NCBI GenBank assembly: GCA_003209375.1
Contig: QCRF01000005.1
Span: 5,601 to 69,600 of the forward strand
DNA: 64,000 bases
Origin: Prochlorococcus sp. AG-459-N19
GTDB taxonomy: Bacteria; Cyanobacteriota; Cyanobacteriia; PCC-6307; Cyanobiaceae
Direction: 5' to 3'
A program made the position numbers and the translations under genes. The notes under the pieces were generated by a model that was not told the DNA's origin, ran no database searches, and saw only the letters and a program-made list of their open reading frames with translations. Of this stretch, positions 1 to 10,305 are shown one piece after another. Within the stretch, counting starts at the first letter, position 1, and every line of letters begins with the position of its first letter.

Positions 1-705
1 TCTAGGCCCTCTTAATGTTTTATGAGTAGTTGTAGTTACTACATCACAATAAGGAATTGGATTTGGATGAAGTTTACTTGCTACAAGACCTGCGATGTGT
101 GCAATATCAGCCATTAAGAATGAACCAACTTCATTTGCAATATTTCTAAATGATTCAAAATCGATTGTCCTTGGATATGCTGAATATCCGCATATGATCA
201 ATTTTGGTTTTGTTTCAAGTGCTATTTCTCTGATTTCATCAAAATTTAATTCACTAGTTTCTTTGTTTACACCATAGTGAACTGCATTAAACCACTTACC
301 ACTCATATTTACCGGAGATCCATGAGTTAGGTGTCCACCATGAGATAAATCCATTCCAAGGATTGTGTCTCCAGGTTTAAGTAAACTTAGGAAAACAGCA
401 GTATTTGCCTGTGCCCCACTATGGGGTTGTACATTAGCCCAATTTGCATTAAATAATTTTTTCGCTCTTTGAATAGCTAATTCTTCGATTTCATCAACAA
501 ATTCACATCCCCCGTAATATCTTTTTTGAGGTAATCCCTCTGCGTATTTATTTGTAAGGACTGATCCTTGAGCCTGCATGACAGCAATTGATGCGAAATT
601 TTCGCTTGCGATTAACTCAAGATGAGTTTCCTGTCTATTTTTTTCAGAGTTAATAAAATTGGATATTACTGGATCACTTTCTTTAAGATTTTGAAGGATA
701 TTCAT
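1..705 (-). CDS. glyA: Serine hydroxymethyltransferase (5' part; runs off window start)
   Basis: Manual translation from ATG at 705: [15 protein letters not shown]...LELIASENF...YAEG...YYGGC...HGGHLTHG...[14 protein letters not shown] (PLP-lysine motif). Not in ORF track because truncated. Confidence 0.97.
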   Translation of the reverse strand, partial: MNILQNLKESDPVISNFINSEKNRQETHLELIASENFASIAVMQAQGSVLTNKYAEGLPQKRYYGGCEFVDEIEELAIQRAKKLFNANWANVQPHSGAQANTAVFLSLLKPGDTILGMDLSHGGHLTHGSPVNMSGKWFNAVHYGVNKETSELNFDEIREIALETKPKLIICGYSAYPRTIDFESFRNIANEVGSFLMADIAHIAGLVASKLHPNPIPYCDVVTTTTHKTLRGPR

Positions 706-782
706 TGAATTTAATAACTAATAACCATAATATAGACGATAATTTTTAGAAAAATATAAAAAGAATGTTTCATAATTTTAAA

Positions 783-856
783 CGCGCCTGGAGAGATTCG
801 AACTCCCGACACCCTGATCCGTAGTCAGGTGCTCTAATCCACTGAGCTACAGGCGC
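783..856 (-). tRNA. tRNA-Arg (ACG)
   Basis: Reverse complement GCGCCTGTAGCTCAGTGGATTAGAGCACCTGACTACGGATCAGGGTGTCGGGAGTTCGAATCTCTCCAGGCGCG folds as cloverleaf; anticodon loop CT-ACG-GA; CCA not encoded. Confidence 0.97.
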
Positions 857-942
857 ATAATTATGTAATATCTCTGTTTCAGGGTCTCTTAGTCAACTAG
901 ATTTCAGGTAAAATGTCTATTATTAACAATCTAATTATTAAT

Positions 943-1194
943 ATGCCTATAAAGTGGTACGGAAATGGTGATTTAGAAGATCCCATCTATAAACATTTTT
1001 CTCGAATAGTAAATTTTGTTATTCATTGCATGATATTTACTGCGATAGTAAGTGGCACTTGGCTTATAAAAGAAATTAAATATGAAATCGCTTTTTTTAA
1101 TAATTTTGCAATTTTCTGGTCAATTCTTTTAGCATCCCATTTATTATTTGTAATCTTGAAAAAACCTAAAGATACTTCAAAACAATCAACTTAA
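943..1194 (+). CDS. Small conserved two-TM membrane protein (2TM-domain-like)
   Basis: Two hydrophobic helices after MPIKWYG...DP.Y.HFSRIVNF..H; in-frame ATG at 943 preferred over 913. Confidence 0.7.
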   Translation: MPIKWYGNGDLEDPIYKHFSRIVNFVIHCMIFTAIVSGTWLIKEIKYEIAFFNNFAIFWSILLASHLLFVILKKPKDTSKQST

Positions 1195-1208
1195 TTAATT
1201 TTTAGTTT

Positions 1209-1499
1209 ATGGACTCTCAGATACGAATAAGTGATCTAGAAAATATTATTTCAGAAAAGGTTTTTATAAAAATAGAAAAGTGGAATTTATATCTTGGAGA
1301 TGCTGGTTTGGCTAGAAATCTTGCTATTGAATGTATCAGCAATAAAGATCAAGGCCCATTGGAGGCTGCGAAAATAAGTTTGAAAGCAATAAATGTAAAA
1401 GTAGGGGATGGTGTAAACAGTATTCCACTGATCAATTTAATAACTAACTCACAAATTATAGAATTAGAGGAGATTTTAGAAAGTTTTTTTGAAAACTAA
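1209..1499 (+). CDS. DUF3181-like cyanobacterial hypothetical protein
   Basis: 96 aa; motif I.I.KWNLYLGDAGL..LA.EC recalled for this family. Confidence 0.7.
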   Translation: MDSQIRISDLENIISEKVFIKIEKWNLYLGDAGLARNLAIECISNKDQGPLEAAKISLKAINVKVGDGVNSIPLINLITNSQIIELEEILESFFEN

Positions 1500-3079
1500 A
1501 TCTTTTTTTTATAAATTTTAAATCTATTTACTTTCAGGCATTTTGTTAGAAAAAAATAGATTACAAAAAAAGTTAAAGATCCAAATATTAATAATAAAAA
1601 TTGTCCGAAATTTGAATTGAAGTTATTTGTAGTTTTTAGAATAGTAAAACAAAGGGCGCTATCTATAAATGCTGCTAATGACATGAAGATAATTTTCCTT
1701 AATAAATCCAAGTTAGGCAAGTGGATATTTTCATTTCTCAGATTAAAAGAAAGCAAAACACAAACTATAAAATTGACAATTACTGAAGATAAAATTATTC
1801 CTACAACTCCAAAATTATATGGAGAAAGATTCCCAAAATTATTAATTGGGGCACCAATTAAAAACCAATCAAAAAAAATATTTAATATGATTCCTGCAAA
1901 TGATGACTTGAAAGGGAAAGTTGTTTTTTCTAGTGAATAGTAAGTTCTTACTAATAAATCTCTATAAAGATAAAAAGGTATGCCAACTGCATAAGCAATT
2001 AATATATTCTTTACTTTTAAAGCCGCTGAATAATCAAAAGATCCTCTCTGAAAAACTAACTGTACTATTTGATTATCAAATGTTATGAAAAATGCGGTTA
2101 AAAAAATAGTTGTCAAGAAGCAGTACTCTATTCCAGAGATCAATTTTTTTTGGAGGCCTGTATACTCTTTATCACTTCTCAATTTTGAGAATTTTGGAAG
2201 TAATGGCAAAATCAAAGAGTTAGATAATATTCCTAATGGGGCTTGTATCAGAAAGTTTCCATAAGCTAGCCCCGATGCTGCTCCTTGAAAACTTGAAGCG
2301 AAAAACATATCGATAAAAACATTAATTTGACTGAGACCTGATGAGATAGATGCTGGAATAATTAGTTTGAAAATCCTCCTCTCTTCATGATTAAATAATT
2401 GGAAGTTTGACTTTAATCTCAAGAGACCGATTTTATTTATTTCCGAAATTTGAACAAAAAACTGAATTAAAGTTCCCGTCAAAGTTGCAAAAGCTAGTAA
2501 TCCCGTAAAATTAAAGAATGGAGAATATGCATTTTCTTGGTTGAAAATCCAACTTAATAAAATAAAAAAAATAGTAGTTAGGCTTGTTATCGCTGGACTT
2601 ATACTTGATAAAAAGAATTTTCTTTGGGAATTTAAGGCGCCAAAGCTTAAACCTATGAATCCGGACAAAGGGATACAAGGTGTAAGTATTTTTAATTGGT
2701 AACTGGCAATTAATTTAGCTTCGTAACTTAAATTTGGGGCTAATAATTCAATTAAAAAACTAGAATTAAAGTATATCAAAATAGCTAAACCAATTAATAA
2801 TATTGAAAGTTTTATGCTTACTTGAGTTAAAACAATCCCTCCATTTTTTTTGCTAAGGGGGGTTAGAACTGCAACGACTGCGTTGTGTAAGGGACCATTA
2901 ATCCCTCCAATGATTATTAGCAAAAAACCTGGAATTATATAGGCATAATTAAAAGCGTCGTATGTTATTCCAACTCCAAAAGCAGCAGCTATAAATATTT
3001 GTCTTATACATCCAGCTAATTTACTAAGACTAGTACCAAATGAAATTGAAAAAACATTATTTTTTAAAAATGAATGCAT
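1496..3079 (-). CDS. murJ: Lipid II flippase MurJ (MviN)
   Basis: Polytopic membrane protein; SKLAGCIRQIFIAAAFGVG, GGINGPLH, VQLVFQRGSFD. ATG at 3079 preferred over TTG at 3118. Confidence 0.93.
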   Translation of the reverse strand: MHSFLKNNVFSISFGTSLSKLAGCIRQIFIAAAFGVGITYDAFNYAYIIPGFLLIIIGGINGPLHNAVVAVLTPLSKKNGGIVLTQVSIKLSILLIGLAILIYFNSSFLIELLAPNLSYEAKLIASYQLKILTPCIPLSGFIGLSFGALNSQRKFFLSSISPAITSLTTIFFILLSWIFNQENAYSPFFNFTGLLAFATLTGTLIQFFVQISEINKIGLLRLKSNFQLFNHEERRIFKLIIPASISSGLSQINVFIDMFFASSFQGAASGLAYGNFLIQAPLGILSNSLILPLLPKFSKLRSDKEYTGLQKKLISGIEYCFLTTIFLTAFFITFDNQIVQLVFQRGSFDYSAALKVKNILIAYAVGIPFYLYRDLLVRTYYSLEKTTFPFKSSFAGIILNIFFDWFLIGAPINNFGNLSPYNFGVVGIILSSVIVNFIVCVLLSFNLRNENIHLPNLDLLRKIIFMSLAAFIDSALCFTILKTTNNFNSNFGQFLLLIFGSLTFFVIYFFLTKCLKVNRFKIYKKKI

Positions 3080-3149
3080 TTGGATTTGACTAAATTTTTC
3101 AAGAAGTTTAAGTTTCAATTATATTTTATTTTTAACTAACGACATATTT

Positions 3150-3890
3150 ATGAATGATCGGATAATTGAATTTGATCCATTAATTGAAGGAGTTTTAATC
3201 AAGAGGTATAAAAGGTTTCTTGCAGATATAAAATTAGAGAGCGGAGAAGTAGTAACTGCTCATTGTGCCAACACAGGCCCAATGAAGGGACTTTTGAGGG
3301 AGGGAGCAAAGGTAAGAATAAGTGTTTCCCCTTCTCCAAAAAGAAAATTACCTTTTACTTGGGAACAGATATGTGTTTTAGATGCAAAAAATGAGGAGGT
3401 TTGGGTAGGTATTAATACACTTTTTGCAAATAAGTTAATCAAAAAGGTAATTGAGAAAAATTTGCTAAAGCAAATAATAGGCGAAATAGAGACGATTAAA
3501 TCTGAAGTGCCTTATGGAAAAGATAAAAAAAGCAGAATTGACTTTTTTTTAACTCCAAAATCTTCAAATCCTGATAAACGTAACATTTACATAGAGGTTA
3601 AAAATACGACATGGATTAGAGAAAATGTAGCTCTATTCCCAGATACAGTAACGAAAAGAGGCCAAAAACACCTCATAGAATTAAAGGAATTAATTCCTGA
3701 AAGTAAAAGCGTTTTAGTACTTTGTATAACAAGAAAAGATGCTTGTTTTTTTGCCCCCGGAGATGAGGCAGATCCCTTATACGGCAATCTTTTTAGGGAA
3801 TCTTTAAATGCAGGAATGATAACGATTCCTTGTTCCTTTGAATTTCATAAAGACCACATATCATGGAGAGGAATTAAACCTTTAAAATAA
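3150..3890 (+). CDS. sfsA: SfsA DNA/RNA nuclease-fold protein
   Basis: [40 protein letters not shown] motifs. Confidence 0.95.
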   Translation: MNDRIIEFDPLIEGVLIKRYKRFLADIKLESGEVVTAHCANTGPMKGLLREGAKVRISVSPSPKRKLPFTWEQICVLDAKNEEVWVGINTLFANKLIKKVIEKNLLKQIIGEIETIKSEVPYGKDKKSRIDFFLTPKSSNPDKRNIYIEVKNTTWIRENVALFPDTVTKRGQKHLIELKELIPESKSVLVLCITRKDACFFAPGDEADPLYGNLFRESLNAGMITIPCSFEFHKDHISWRGIKPLK

Positions 3891-3973
3891 AAAAAATCTT
3901 GATATTTTGAAACTTCTAAAATTTAAATTTTTAAATTTAACAAATATTTTTTTAGGGTGCAACTATAAAAATG

Positions 3974-4016
3974 GTATCAACAACTACTAGACACCGATAA
4001 GTTTTTTGAATAAATT
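3974..4016 (+). promoter_or_regulatory. NtcA-activated promoter of amt1 (GTA-N8-TAC plus -10 box)
   Basis: GTATCAACAACTAC at 3974-3987, then TAAATT (TAN3T) at 4011-4016 after a 23-nt spacer; canonical NtcA class II geometry. Confidence 0.85.
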
Positions 4017-4069
4017 TAAATTTGAAAGGAAACAGTAAAACTGTTTTTTTGCAGATCTAATTTTTTTTT

Positions 4070-5530
4070 ATGACCACTGCTTTGCAAACGCCTCAAAGGC
4101 GCTCTAGGTCCAAACTTCAAGATGCAAGTCTTGTAAATGGACCTATGCTCCTTTTGAGGAGTATTCGAGGATTTAGTTCAAACCGCTCTATGTTGTGGCT
4201 TGCAACTGTTCCCCTAGCTTTGTTTGGTTTAGGTATTTTTAATCTTTCAGCTCACGCAGCTGATTTACCTGAGTTGAATGCAGCTTTTCTTGCTAACAAT
4301 TTATGGCTTTTGATCGCTACTATTCTAGTGATCTTTATGAACGCCGGTTTCGCTATGGTTGAGGCAGGTATGTGCCGTTCTAAGAACGCTGTTAACATTC
4401 TTGCTAAAAACCTCTTTGTATTTGCTCTAGCTGTGACTTCTTATTGGTTTATCGGCTATTCATTAATGTACGGAGGAAGTGTTGCTGACGGTTGGCTTTA
4501 TTTTGGCGGCTTATTTTTTGATCCAACAGTTACTGCAGATATGGTAACTGATGCTGGATTAGTACCAACTGTTGATTTCTTGTTCCAGTCTGCTTTTGCA
4601 GGAACTGCGGCAACTATCGTTTCCGGACTTGTTGCTGAAAGAGTTAAATTTGGAGAATTTGTTGTTTTTGCTGTTGTATTAACTGCATTTATATATCCAA
4701 TTGCTGGTAGCTGGAAATGGAATGGTGGTTGGCTTGATTCTTTAGGTTTTGTTGATTTTGCTGGTTCTTCAATTGTTCACTCAGTTGGAGCATGGGCGGG
4801 TCTTGTAGGAGCTATGCTTCTTGGACCAAGAATTGGCAAATACTCTGACGGTAAACCACAGGCTATGCCAGGACACAATATGGCTATAGCTACTCTAGGT
4901 GCATTAGTCCTATGGATAGGTTGGTACGGATTTAACCCCGGTTCACAACTTGCTATGGATCAATGGGTTCCATATGTTGCTGTAACAACTACTTTAGCAG
5001 CAGCTGCTGGAGCTATTGGTGCAACTATCGTTTCAACATTAACTTCTGGTAAGCCTGATCTTACAATGATAATCAACGGCATCCTTGCTGGTTTGGTTAG
5101 TATCACTGCTGGTTGTGGTGATATGACTCTCGCTGGAGCCTGGTTCGCAGGACTAGTAGGGGGAATTATTGTTGTATTTTCTGTTGCAGCACTTGATGCC
5201 GCTGAGATCGACGATCCTGTAGGTGCATTCTCTGTTCACGGAGTTTGTGGTGTATGGGGTACTGTAGTTATCGGTCTTTGGGGTACAGCTGTACAAGGCG
5301 ATGGAGCAGGTATGGGATTGTTCAATGGAGGAGGTATTACCCTTCTTCTAGTTCAAGCCCTTGGAGCCGCAGCTTATGCTATTTGGACACTAGTTACTTG
5401 CTGGATTGCCTGGTCTGTAATTGGAGGATTATTCGGCGGAATCCGAGTATCTGAAGAGGAAGAGACTCAAGGCTTAGATATAGGAGAGCATGGAATGGAA
5501 GCATATCCAGACTTTGCATCTGCTAAATAA
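4070..5530 (+). CDS. amt1: Ammonium transporter Amt1
   Basis: DFAGSSIVH, WIGWYGFNPGS, IDDPVGAFSVHGVCG (twin His), GLDIGEHGMEAYP. Confidence 0.97.
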   Translation: MTTALQTPQRRSRSKLQDASLVNGPMLLLRSIRGFSSNRSMLWLATVPLALFGLGIFNLSAHAADLPELNAAFLANNLWLLIATILVIFMNAGFAMVEAGMCRSKNAVNILAKNLFVFALAVTSYWFIGYSLMYGGSVADGWLYFGGLFFDPTVTADMVTDAGLVPTVDFLFQSAFAGTAATIVSGLVAERVKFGEFVVFAVVLTAFIYPIAGSWKWNGGWLDSLGFVDFAGSSIVHSVGAWAGLVGAMLLGPRIGKYSDGKPQAMPGHNMAIATLGALVLWIGWYGFNPGSQLAMDQWVPYVAVTTTLAAAAGAIGATIVSTLTSGKPDLTMIINGILAGLVSITAGCGDMTLAGAWFAGLVGGIIVVFSVAALDAAEIDDPVGAFSVHGVCGVWGTVVIGLWGTAVQGDGAGMGLFNGGGITLLLVQALGAAAYAIWTLVTCWIAWSVIGGLFGGIRVSEEEETQGLDIGEHGMEAYPDFASAK

Positions 5531-5549
5531 TCTAACTGAAAATTGATTC

Positions 5550-5584
5550 AAGAAACCTGACTTATGTCAGGTTTCTTTTTTTTT
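5550..5584 (+). terminator. Intrinsic terminator after amt1
   Basis: AAGAAACCTGAC-TTAT-GTCAGGTTTCTT perfect 12-bp stem followed by T-run. Confidence 0.9.
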
Positions 5585-5619
5585 ACGAAAAATTATTTAA
5601 AACGTTGTAATATAAAAAG

Positions 5620-6816
5620 ATGGATACTCAAGCTTTTAGAAGATCCCTCCATCATTCTGATAGATACAATAGAAGGGGTTTCGATTCTCCAACAAAAAGA
5701 GCTCAAGCGTTAGAAGAAGCTTACCAAAGTGATTTGATAAGTTCTATAAGGGATAATGGTTTCACTTACACTAAAGGCAGACTAAATATTAAGTTGGCCC
5801 AAGCCTTTGGTTTCTGTTGGGGAGTTGAAAGAGCTGTTGCAATGGCTTACGAAACTCGAAGACATTACCCAAATGAGAATATTTGGATAACAAACGAAAT
5901 AATCCATAATCCTTCGGTTAATGATCATTTAAGAAAAATGGATGTAAAATTCATCTCAGCTAAAAATGGAATTAAAGATTTTTCTTTAGTTTCTAATGGG
6001 GATGTTGTAATACTTCCTGCTTTCGGAGCTACTGTTCAAGAAATGAAACTTCTTCATGAAAAAGGATGCCATATTATAGATACAACTTGTCCATGGGTTT
6101 CTAAGGTTTGGCATACAGTCGAAAAACATAAAAAACATGTTTTCACATCCATAATTCATGGAAAAGTCAAGCATGAGGAGACTCTTGCTACCAGTTCATT
6201 TGCGGGTAAGTATTTAGTTGTGCTTGATCTAGACGAGGCAAACTATGTATCTGACTATATTCTGGGCAGAAAAAACAGAAATGAGTTTATGAATAAATTT
6301 GCTAAGGCTTGTTCTGATGGATTTGATCCTGATAAAGATTTAGATAGAGTAGGAGTTGCTAACCAGACAACTATGCTAAAGAGTGAGACCGAAGAAATTG
6401 GTAAGGTTTTTGAAAGAACAATGTTAAAAAAATTTGGACCGGAAAACCTAAATAGTCACTTCTTAGCTTTTAATACAATTTGTGATGCAACTGAAGAAAG
6501 ACAAGATGCAATGTTTTCTTTGGTTGATGAAGATCTTGATATTCTTGTTGTTATAGGTGGTTTCAATTCTTCCAATACTACTCATTTACAAGAAATAGCA
6601 ATTACAAAAAATATTTCATCTTTTCATATAGATAATCCCGAAAGAATTTCAGTTGAAGAAAATTCAATATTGCATAAACCACTTGGATCAGATTTAGAAC
6701 TTAAAAATAATTTTTTGCCAAGTGGAAATATTAATGTTGGTATTACATCAGGTGCATCTACTCCTGATAAGGTTGTTGCTGATGTTATTGAAAAGTTAAT
6801 TGATATTGCTTCCTGA
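5620..6816 (+). CDS. ispH: 4-hydroxy-3-methylbut-2-enyl diphosphate reductase
   Basis: [48 protein letters not shown]. Confidence 0.97.
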   Translation: MDTQAFRRSLHHSDRYNRRGFDSPTKRAQALEEAYQSDLISSIRDNGFTYTKGRLNIKLAQAFGFCWGVERAVAMAYETRRHYPNENIWITNEIIHNPSVNDHLRKMDVKFISAKNGIKDFSLVSNGDVVILPAFGATVQEMKLLHEKGCHIIDTTCPWVSKVWHTVEKHKKHVFTSIIHGKVKHEETLATSSFAGKYLVVLDLDEANYVSDYILGRKNRNEFMNKFAKACSDGFDPDKDLDRVGVANQTTMLKSETEEIGKVFERTMLKKFGPENLNSHFLAFNTICDATEERQDAMFSLVDEDLDILVVIGGFNSSNTTHLQEIAITKNISSFHIDNPERISVEENSILHKPLGSDLELKNNFLPSGNINVGITSGASTPDKVVADVIEKLIDIAS

Positions 6817-6920
6817 ATTTATTATTTAATCTATAACTTTGCTTAGTTTTTTTAATTTATTGTCCAGATAATTCCAAAAGATCTACTTTATTAACTAGAA
6901 TAATGAAAAATTAATGAAGT

Positions 6921-7481
6921 ATGGAAGACAAAGCGCAAACTAATCAGGCTCAGACTGCCAGTATGAATAGAACAAAAGCTCCTCAAAAAGTTGAAGTTGT
7001 AGTTGCTAATTCTTCATCAGGTTCAGAAGTAAATATCCTTGGAGAACTATCAATTTTTGTTTTAAGAATCGGTTTTTGTGCTTTGATGATTCATCATGGT
7101 TTAGAGAAACTTCAGGATCCACAGGGTTTTGCTGAGTTTGTAGTTGGTAAATACTTCCCATTTTTGCCAGGTGATCCTGTTATTTGGACTTTTGGAGCAG
7201 CGATTACGCAATTGGTTTGCCCAGCAGGATTAGCTTTAGGGATTTTTGCTCGTCTTTCTTCTCTGGGTTTATTCTCTACAATGGCATTTGCGGTATATTT
7301 CCATCTCCTTGACACTGGACTAGAAGGTTTTCCTCTGGCAGTGGTTGAGGGTCATAATTATGCCTTCGAATTGTCTTTTATATATGGGGCTATCTCTCTC
7401 TACTTTCTATGTGCAGGTCCAGGCAGGTTATCTTTATTCAGAAAAACTAACAAGATTACATATTATCCAAAATCAACTTAA
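6921..7481 (+). CDS. DoxX family membrane protein
   Basis: LRIGFCALMIHHGLEKL, GIFARLSSLGL, GPGRLSL. Confidence 0.85.
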   Translation: MEDKAQTNQAQTASMNRTKAPQKVEVVVANSSSGSEVNILGELSIFVLRIGFCALMIHHGLEKLQDPQGFAEFVVGKYFPFLPGDPVIWTFGAAITQLVCPAGLALGIFARLSSLGLFSTMAFAVYFHLLDTGLEGFPLAVVEGHNYAFELSFIYGAISLYFLCAGPGRLSLFRKTNKITYYPKST

Positions 7482-7482
7482 T

Positions 7483-9036
7483 TTAATGTAAAAAATGCCT
7501 TTTTTGAGTGAATACCATTGAGATTCCTTTCGAATTACACATATCAATACTTTCTTTGTCTCTTAGACTTCCACCAGGTTGAATAATAGCTTTTATTCCA
7601 AATTCATTAGCTAGTTCCACAGTATCTGAAAATGGGAAAAACCCATCGCTAGCCAAGACAGCATCAGAACATAACTTTCCGGCTGCTTTTAATGCAATTT
7701 TTGCTGCTCCGACTCTATTCATTTGTCCAGCTCCAATACCAATAGTTTTTTGGTCTTTTGCAATAACAATGGCATTAGATTTCACGTGTTTACAAATCTT
7801 CCATGCAAAATTTAGATCCAAGTTAATTTGATTTTCTGGCTTTTTATTAGTTACTGAAATCCAATTTTCAGTTTTCTTTGAACTAGCATCAGTATCTTGA
7901 ACTAGTAATCCTCCCATTATTGATTTAGTAGAAAATTGATTCTTTTTTGGAAGTTGATCTTTTGAAAACTTTAAAATTCTTAAATTCTTTTTAATTTTTA
8001 AAATTTCTAAAGCATCTTCATCAAAAGATGGGGCGACAACACATTCTAAGAAAATATCTTTGAGGTGAGTTGCAGTCTCACTATCAACATTTGAATTAAA
8101 AGCAACTATCCCTCCAAAAGCACTAACTGAGTCACATTCCAAAGCATTCAAAAATGCTTGAGAAGCTGAATTACTTATAGAGGCACCACAAGGATTATTG
8201 TGTTTTAGAATAACAGAGGCAAACGTCCCGGTTTTAAGTTCATCTTTTTCTGTGTAGCCAAATTCTAAAACTGTTGAAAGTGCCGACTCAAGATCCAATA
8301 GATTGTTATAACTTAAGTCTTTACCTTGTATTTGTTCTGCTGAGTTCCATCCAATATTACTTAAGCCATACCAAAAAGCTTTTTGATGTGGATTCTCCCC
8401 ATATCTTAATGTTTTGATTAGTGGATAAGATTCAATATATTTGGAAGATTGTAATCCTCTTTCTTTTCTTATCCAATTAGATATTGCAGCGTCATAGTCT
8501 GCTGTATGTTGAAAAGCTTCAAGGGCTAATTTTGCTTTATATGAGTCCTTTAAGTCACCTTTTTTACTTTCTTCAAGAAAATTTTGATACTGACTGGGAT
8601 CCACTAATACGGAGACGTCTTTATGATTTTTGGCTGCAGAACGAATCATTGATGGCCCTCCTATATCGATATTTTCAATAGCATCTTCCCATTTAGCTCC
8701 CCCTTCTACAGTTTTTTTAAAAGGATATAAATTTACAACTACTAAGTTAATTAACTCAAGATTGTTAGCCTCTATATCTTTTTTATGTTCCTCGTTAGTT
8801 CTTTTAGCTAATATTCCTCCATGTATTTTTGGATGTAAAGTTTTAACTCTTCCTCCAAGAATTTCTGGAGAATTAGTAAAATCTGCAACTTTAATAACTG
8901 GAATTTTTGCCTCCATAAGATGTTTTGCAGTTCCTCCACTTGATAGAATTTTATAATTAAATTGCTCTACCAATTTTTTACAAAATGGGATTATATTTTT
9001 TTTATCAGAGACACTTACTAAAGCTAATGGTGACAT
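7483..9036 (-). CDS. purH: AICAR transformylase/IMP cyclohydrolase
   Basis: ALVSVSDK, GGRVKTLHP, IDIGGPSMIRSAAKN, LRYGENPHQ, KHVKSNAI, ASDGFFPF, RHFLH. Confidence 0.98.
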   Translation of the reverse strand: MSPLALVSVSDKKNIIPFCKKLVEQFNYKILSSGGTAKHLMEAKIPVIKVADFTNSPEILGGRVKTLHPKIHGGILAKRTNEEHKKDIEANNLELINLVVVNLYPFKKTVEGGAKWEDAIENIDIGGPSMIRSAAKNHKDVSVLVDPSQYQNFLEESKKGDLKDSYKAKLALEAFQHTADYDAAISNWIRKERGLQSSKYIESYPLIKTLRYGENPHQKAFWYGLSNIGWNSAEQIQGKDLSYNNLLDLESALSTVLEFGYTEKDELKTGTFASVILKHNNPCGASISNSASQAFLNALECDSVSAFGGIVAFNSNVDSETATHLKDIFLECVVAPSFDEDALEILKIKKNLRILKFSKDQLPKKNQFSTKSIMGGLLVQDTDASSKKTENWISVTNKKPENQINLDLNFAWKICKHVKSNAIVIAKDQKTIGIGAGQMNRVGAAKIALKAAGKLCSDAVLASDGFFPFSDTVELANEFGIKAIIQPGGSLRDKESIDMCNSKGISMVFTQKRHFLH

Positions 9037-9069
9037 TATGGGAAAGTTTAATTACTTAAGAATATAAAC

Positions 9070-9687
9070 ATGAAATATGCTATCAATCATGAATTTGTTT
9101 CGATTAGCTCTCAAACTGCAACTCATAGAATTATTTTGATGCATGGTTGGGGAGCTGATTCAGATGACCTTTTAACCTTTGGAAAGGAGATGACTGAAAA
9201 AATAAATCTTGATTTTGAGGTAATTTCTTTGAGGGCTCCAGGATTACATCCAAGTGGTCAGGGAAGACAGTGGTATGGACTATACCCTCATGATTGGAAT
9301 GGAGCTGAAGTTGAAGTAAAAAAACTGATAGTTACATTAAAAAAATTTGATGCTGATAAGATTCCACTAAGAAAAACAATTTTGCTGGGTTTCTCTCAGG
9401 GGGCGGCAATGGCAATTGATGCAGGATTTAAATTAAATTTTGGATTAATTGTTGCATGTAGTGGTTATCCTCACCCCAACTGGGACCCTGGAGAAAAATG
9501 CTCACCATTGATTATTAGTCATGGTTTATTTGATGATGTTGTACCAATAGATGCTTCTAGGGGTATTTATGAAAAGGTAAAGAGTAAGTCTTCTAAATTT
9601 TGTGAGTTGTTAGAATTCGATGGATTTCATCAAATTGATTCAGATTTAATTAATTTTATAAGTTCAAATATAAGTAATATTTTTTAA
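9070..9687 (+). CDS. Phospholipase/carboxylesterase (alpha/beta hydrolase)
   Basis: HGWGAD, GFSQG nucleophile elbow, HG..DDVV, C-terminal H. Confidence 0.9.
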   Translation: MKYAINHEFVSISSQTATHRIILMHGWGADSDDLLTFGKEMTEKINLDFEVISLRAPGLHPSGQGRQWYGLYPHDWNGAEVEVKKLIVTLKKFDADKIPLRKTILLGFSQGAAMAIDAGFKLNFGLIVACSGYPHPNWDPGEKCSPLIISHGLFDDVVPIDASRGIYEKVKSKSSKFCELLEFDGFHQIDSDLINFISSNISNIF

Positions 9688-10052
9688 ACAAAAGCATACT
9701 CGTATTCTTCAATCTCTTCCCAATCATCTGCAGTAAGTTCTAGACCTTCAAATATTTTTTCTTCACCAATTCCTTCAACTACAACTTTTAGTGATGGAAA
9801 TAGAAAATGATTTTCTTCAGCATATTGGGCGCTAAATAAACCTTTTTCACCCCAAAAAAACCTATCGGTGGTATGTTCATTTCTTCTGACATTAAAAACC
9901 GAAGGCGCAGAGAGACCATTTTCAGCTATGAATCTTCTTGCTGCTGTAACTGGTTTATGTTTACCTGTTTCGATATGATAAATAGGTACATGTGCCATTA
10001 CTCTTTGGCCAGCCAATCTTCTTCTGCTGATTCTTTTTCTTTTTTTTGACAT
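9684..10052 (-). CDS. DUF3155-like conserved cyanobacterial protein
   Basis: Basic N-terminus MSKKRKRISRRRL, HKPVTAARRFI, RRNEHTTDRFFWGEKGLFSAQYAEEN; acidic C-terminus. Confidence 0.8.
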   Translation of the reverse strand: MSKKRKRISRRRLAGQRVMAHVPIYHIETGKHKPVTAARRFIAENGLSAPSVFNVRRNEHTTDRFFWGEKGLFSAQYAEENHFLFPSLKVVVEGIGEEKIFEGLELTADDWEEIEEYEYAFV

Positions 10053-10144
10053 TGATTGGTACTCCTGAAATTATTAATGTGATTAGTCTTAATTAACTTT
10101 ACTAATCTTATATATGTGATTTTAAATTCACTTCAAATTACATA

Positions 10145-10220
10145 GAGGACCCATCAACCCCTGATGTAGCTTAAAATATGATTAAATATTCATATTTAAG
10201 GCTGGCTAAAGTCAGACCTC
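10145..10220 (-). ncRNA. Candidate structured 5' leader or small RNA upstream of DUF3155 gene
   Basis: Two hairpins and complementary GAGG/CCTC ends; begins just downstream of a TAAGAT -10-like box (10228-10233). Confidence 0.45.
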
Positions 10221-10305
10221 TTTATATATCTTAATACTTTTTTCATATTTTACAAGCCCTTTTTCAAGTTTTTTTTAAAAAAAAATTCTCAAAATTTCAT
10301 TAATT

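Noticed and set aside
3915-3950. AAATTT-rich palindromic tracts upstream of amt1
   Set aside because: Low-complexity AT sequence; self-complementarity expected by chance.
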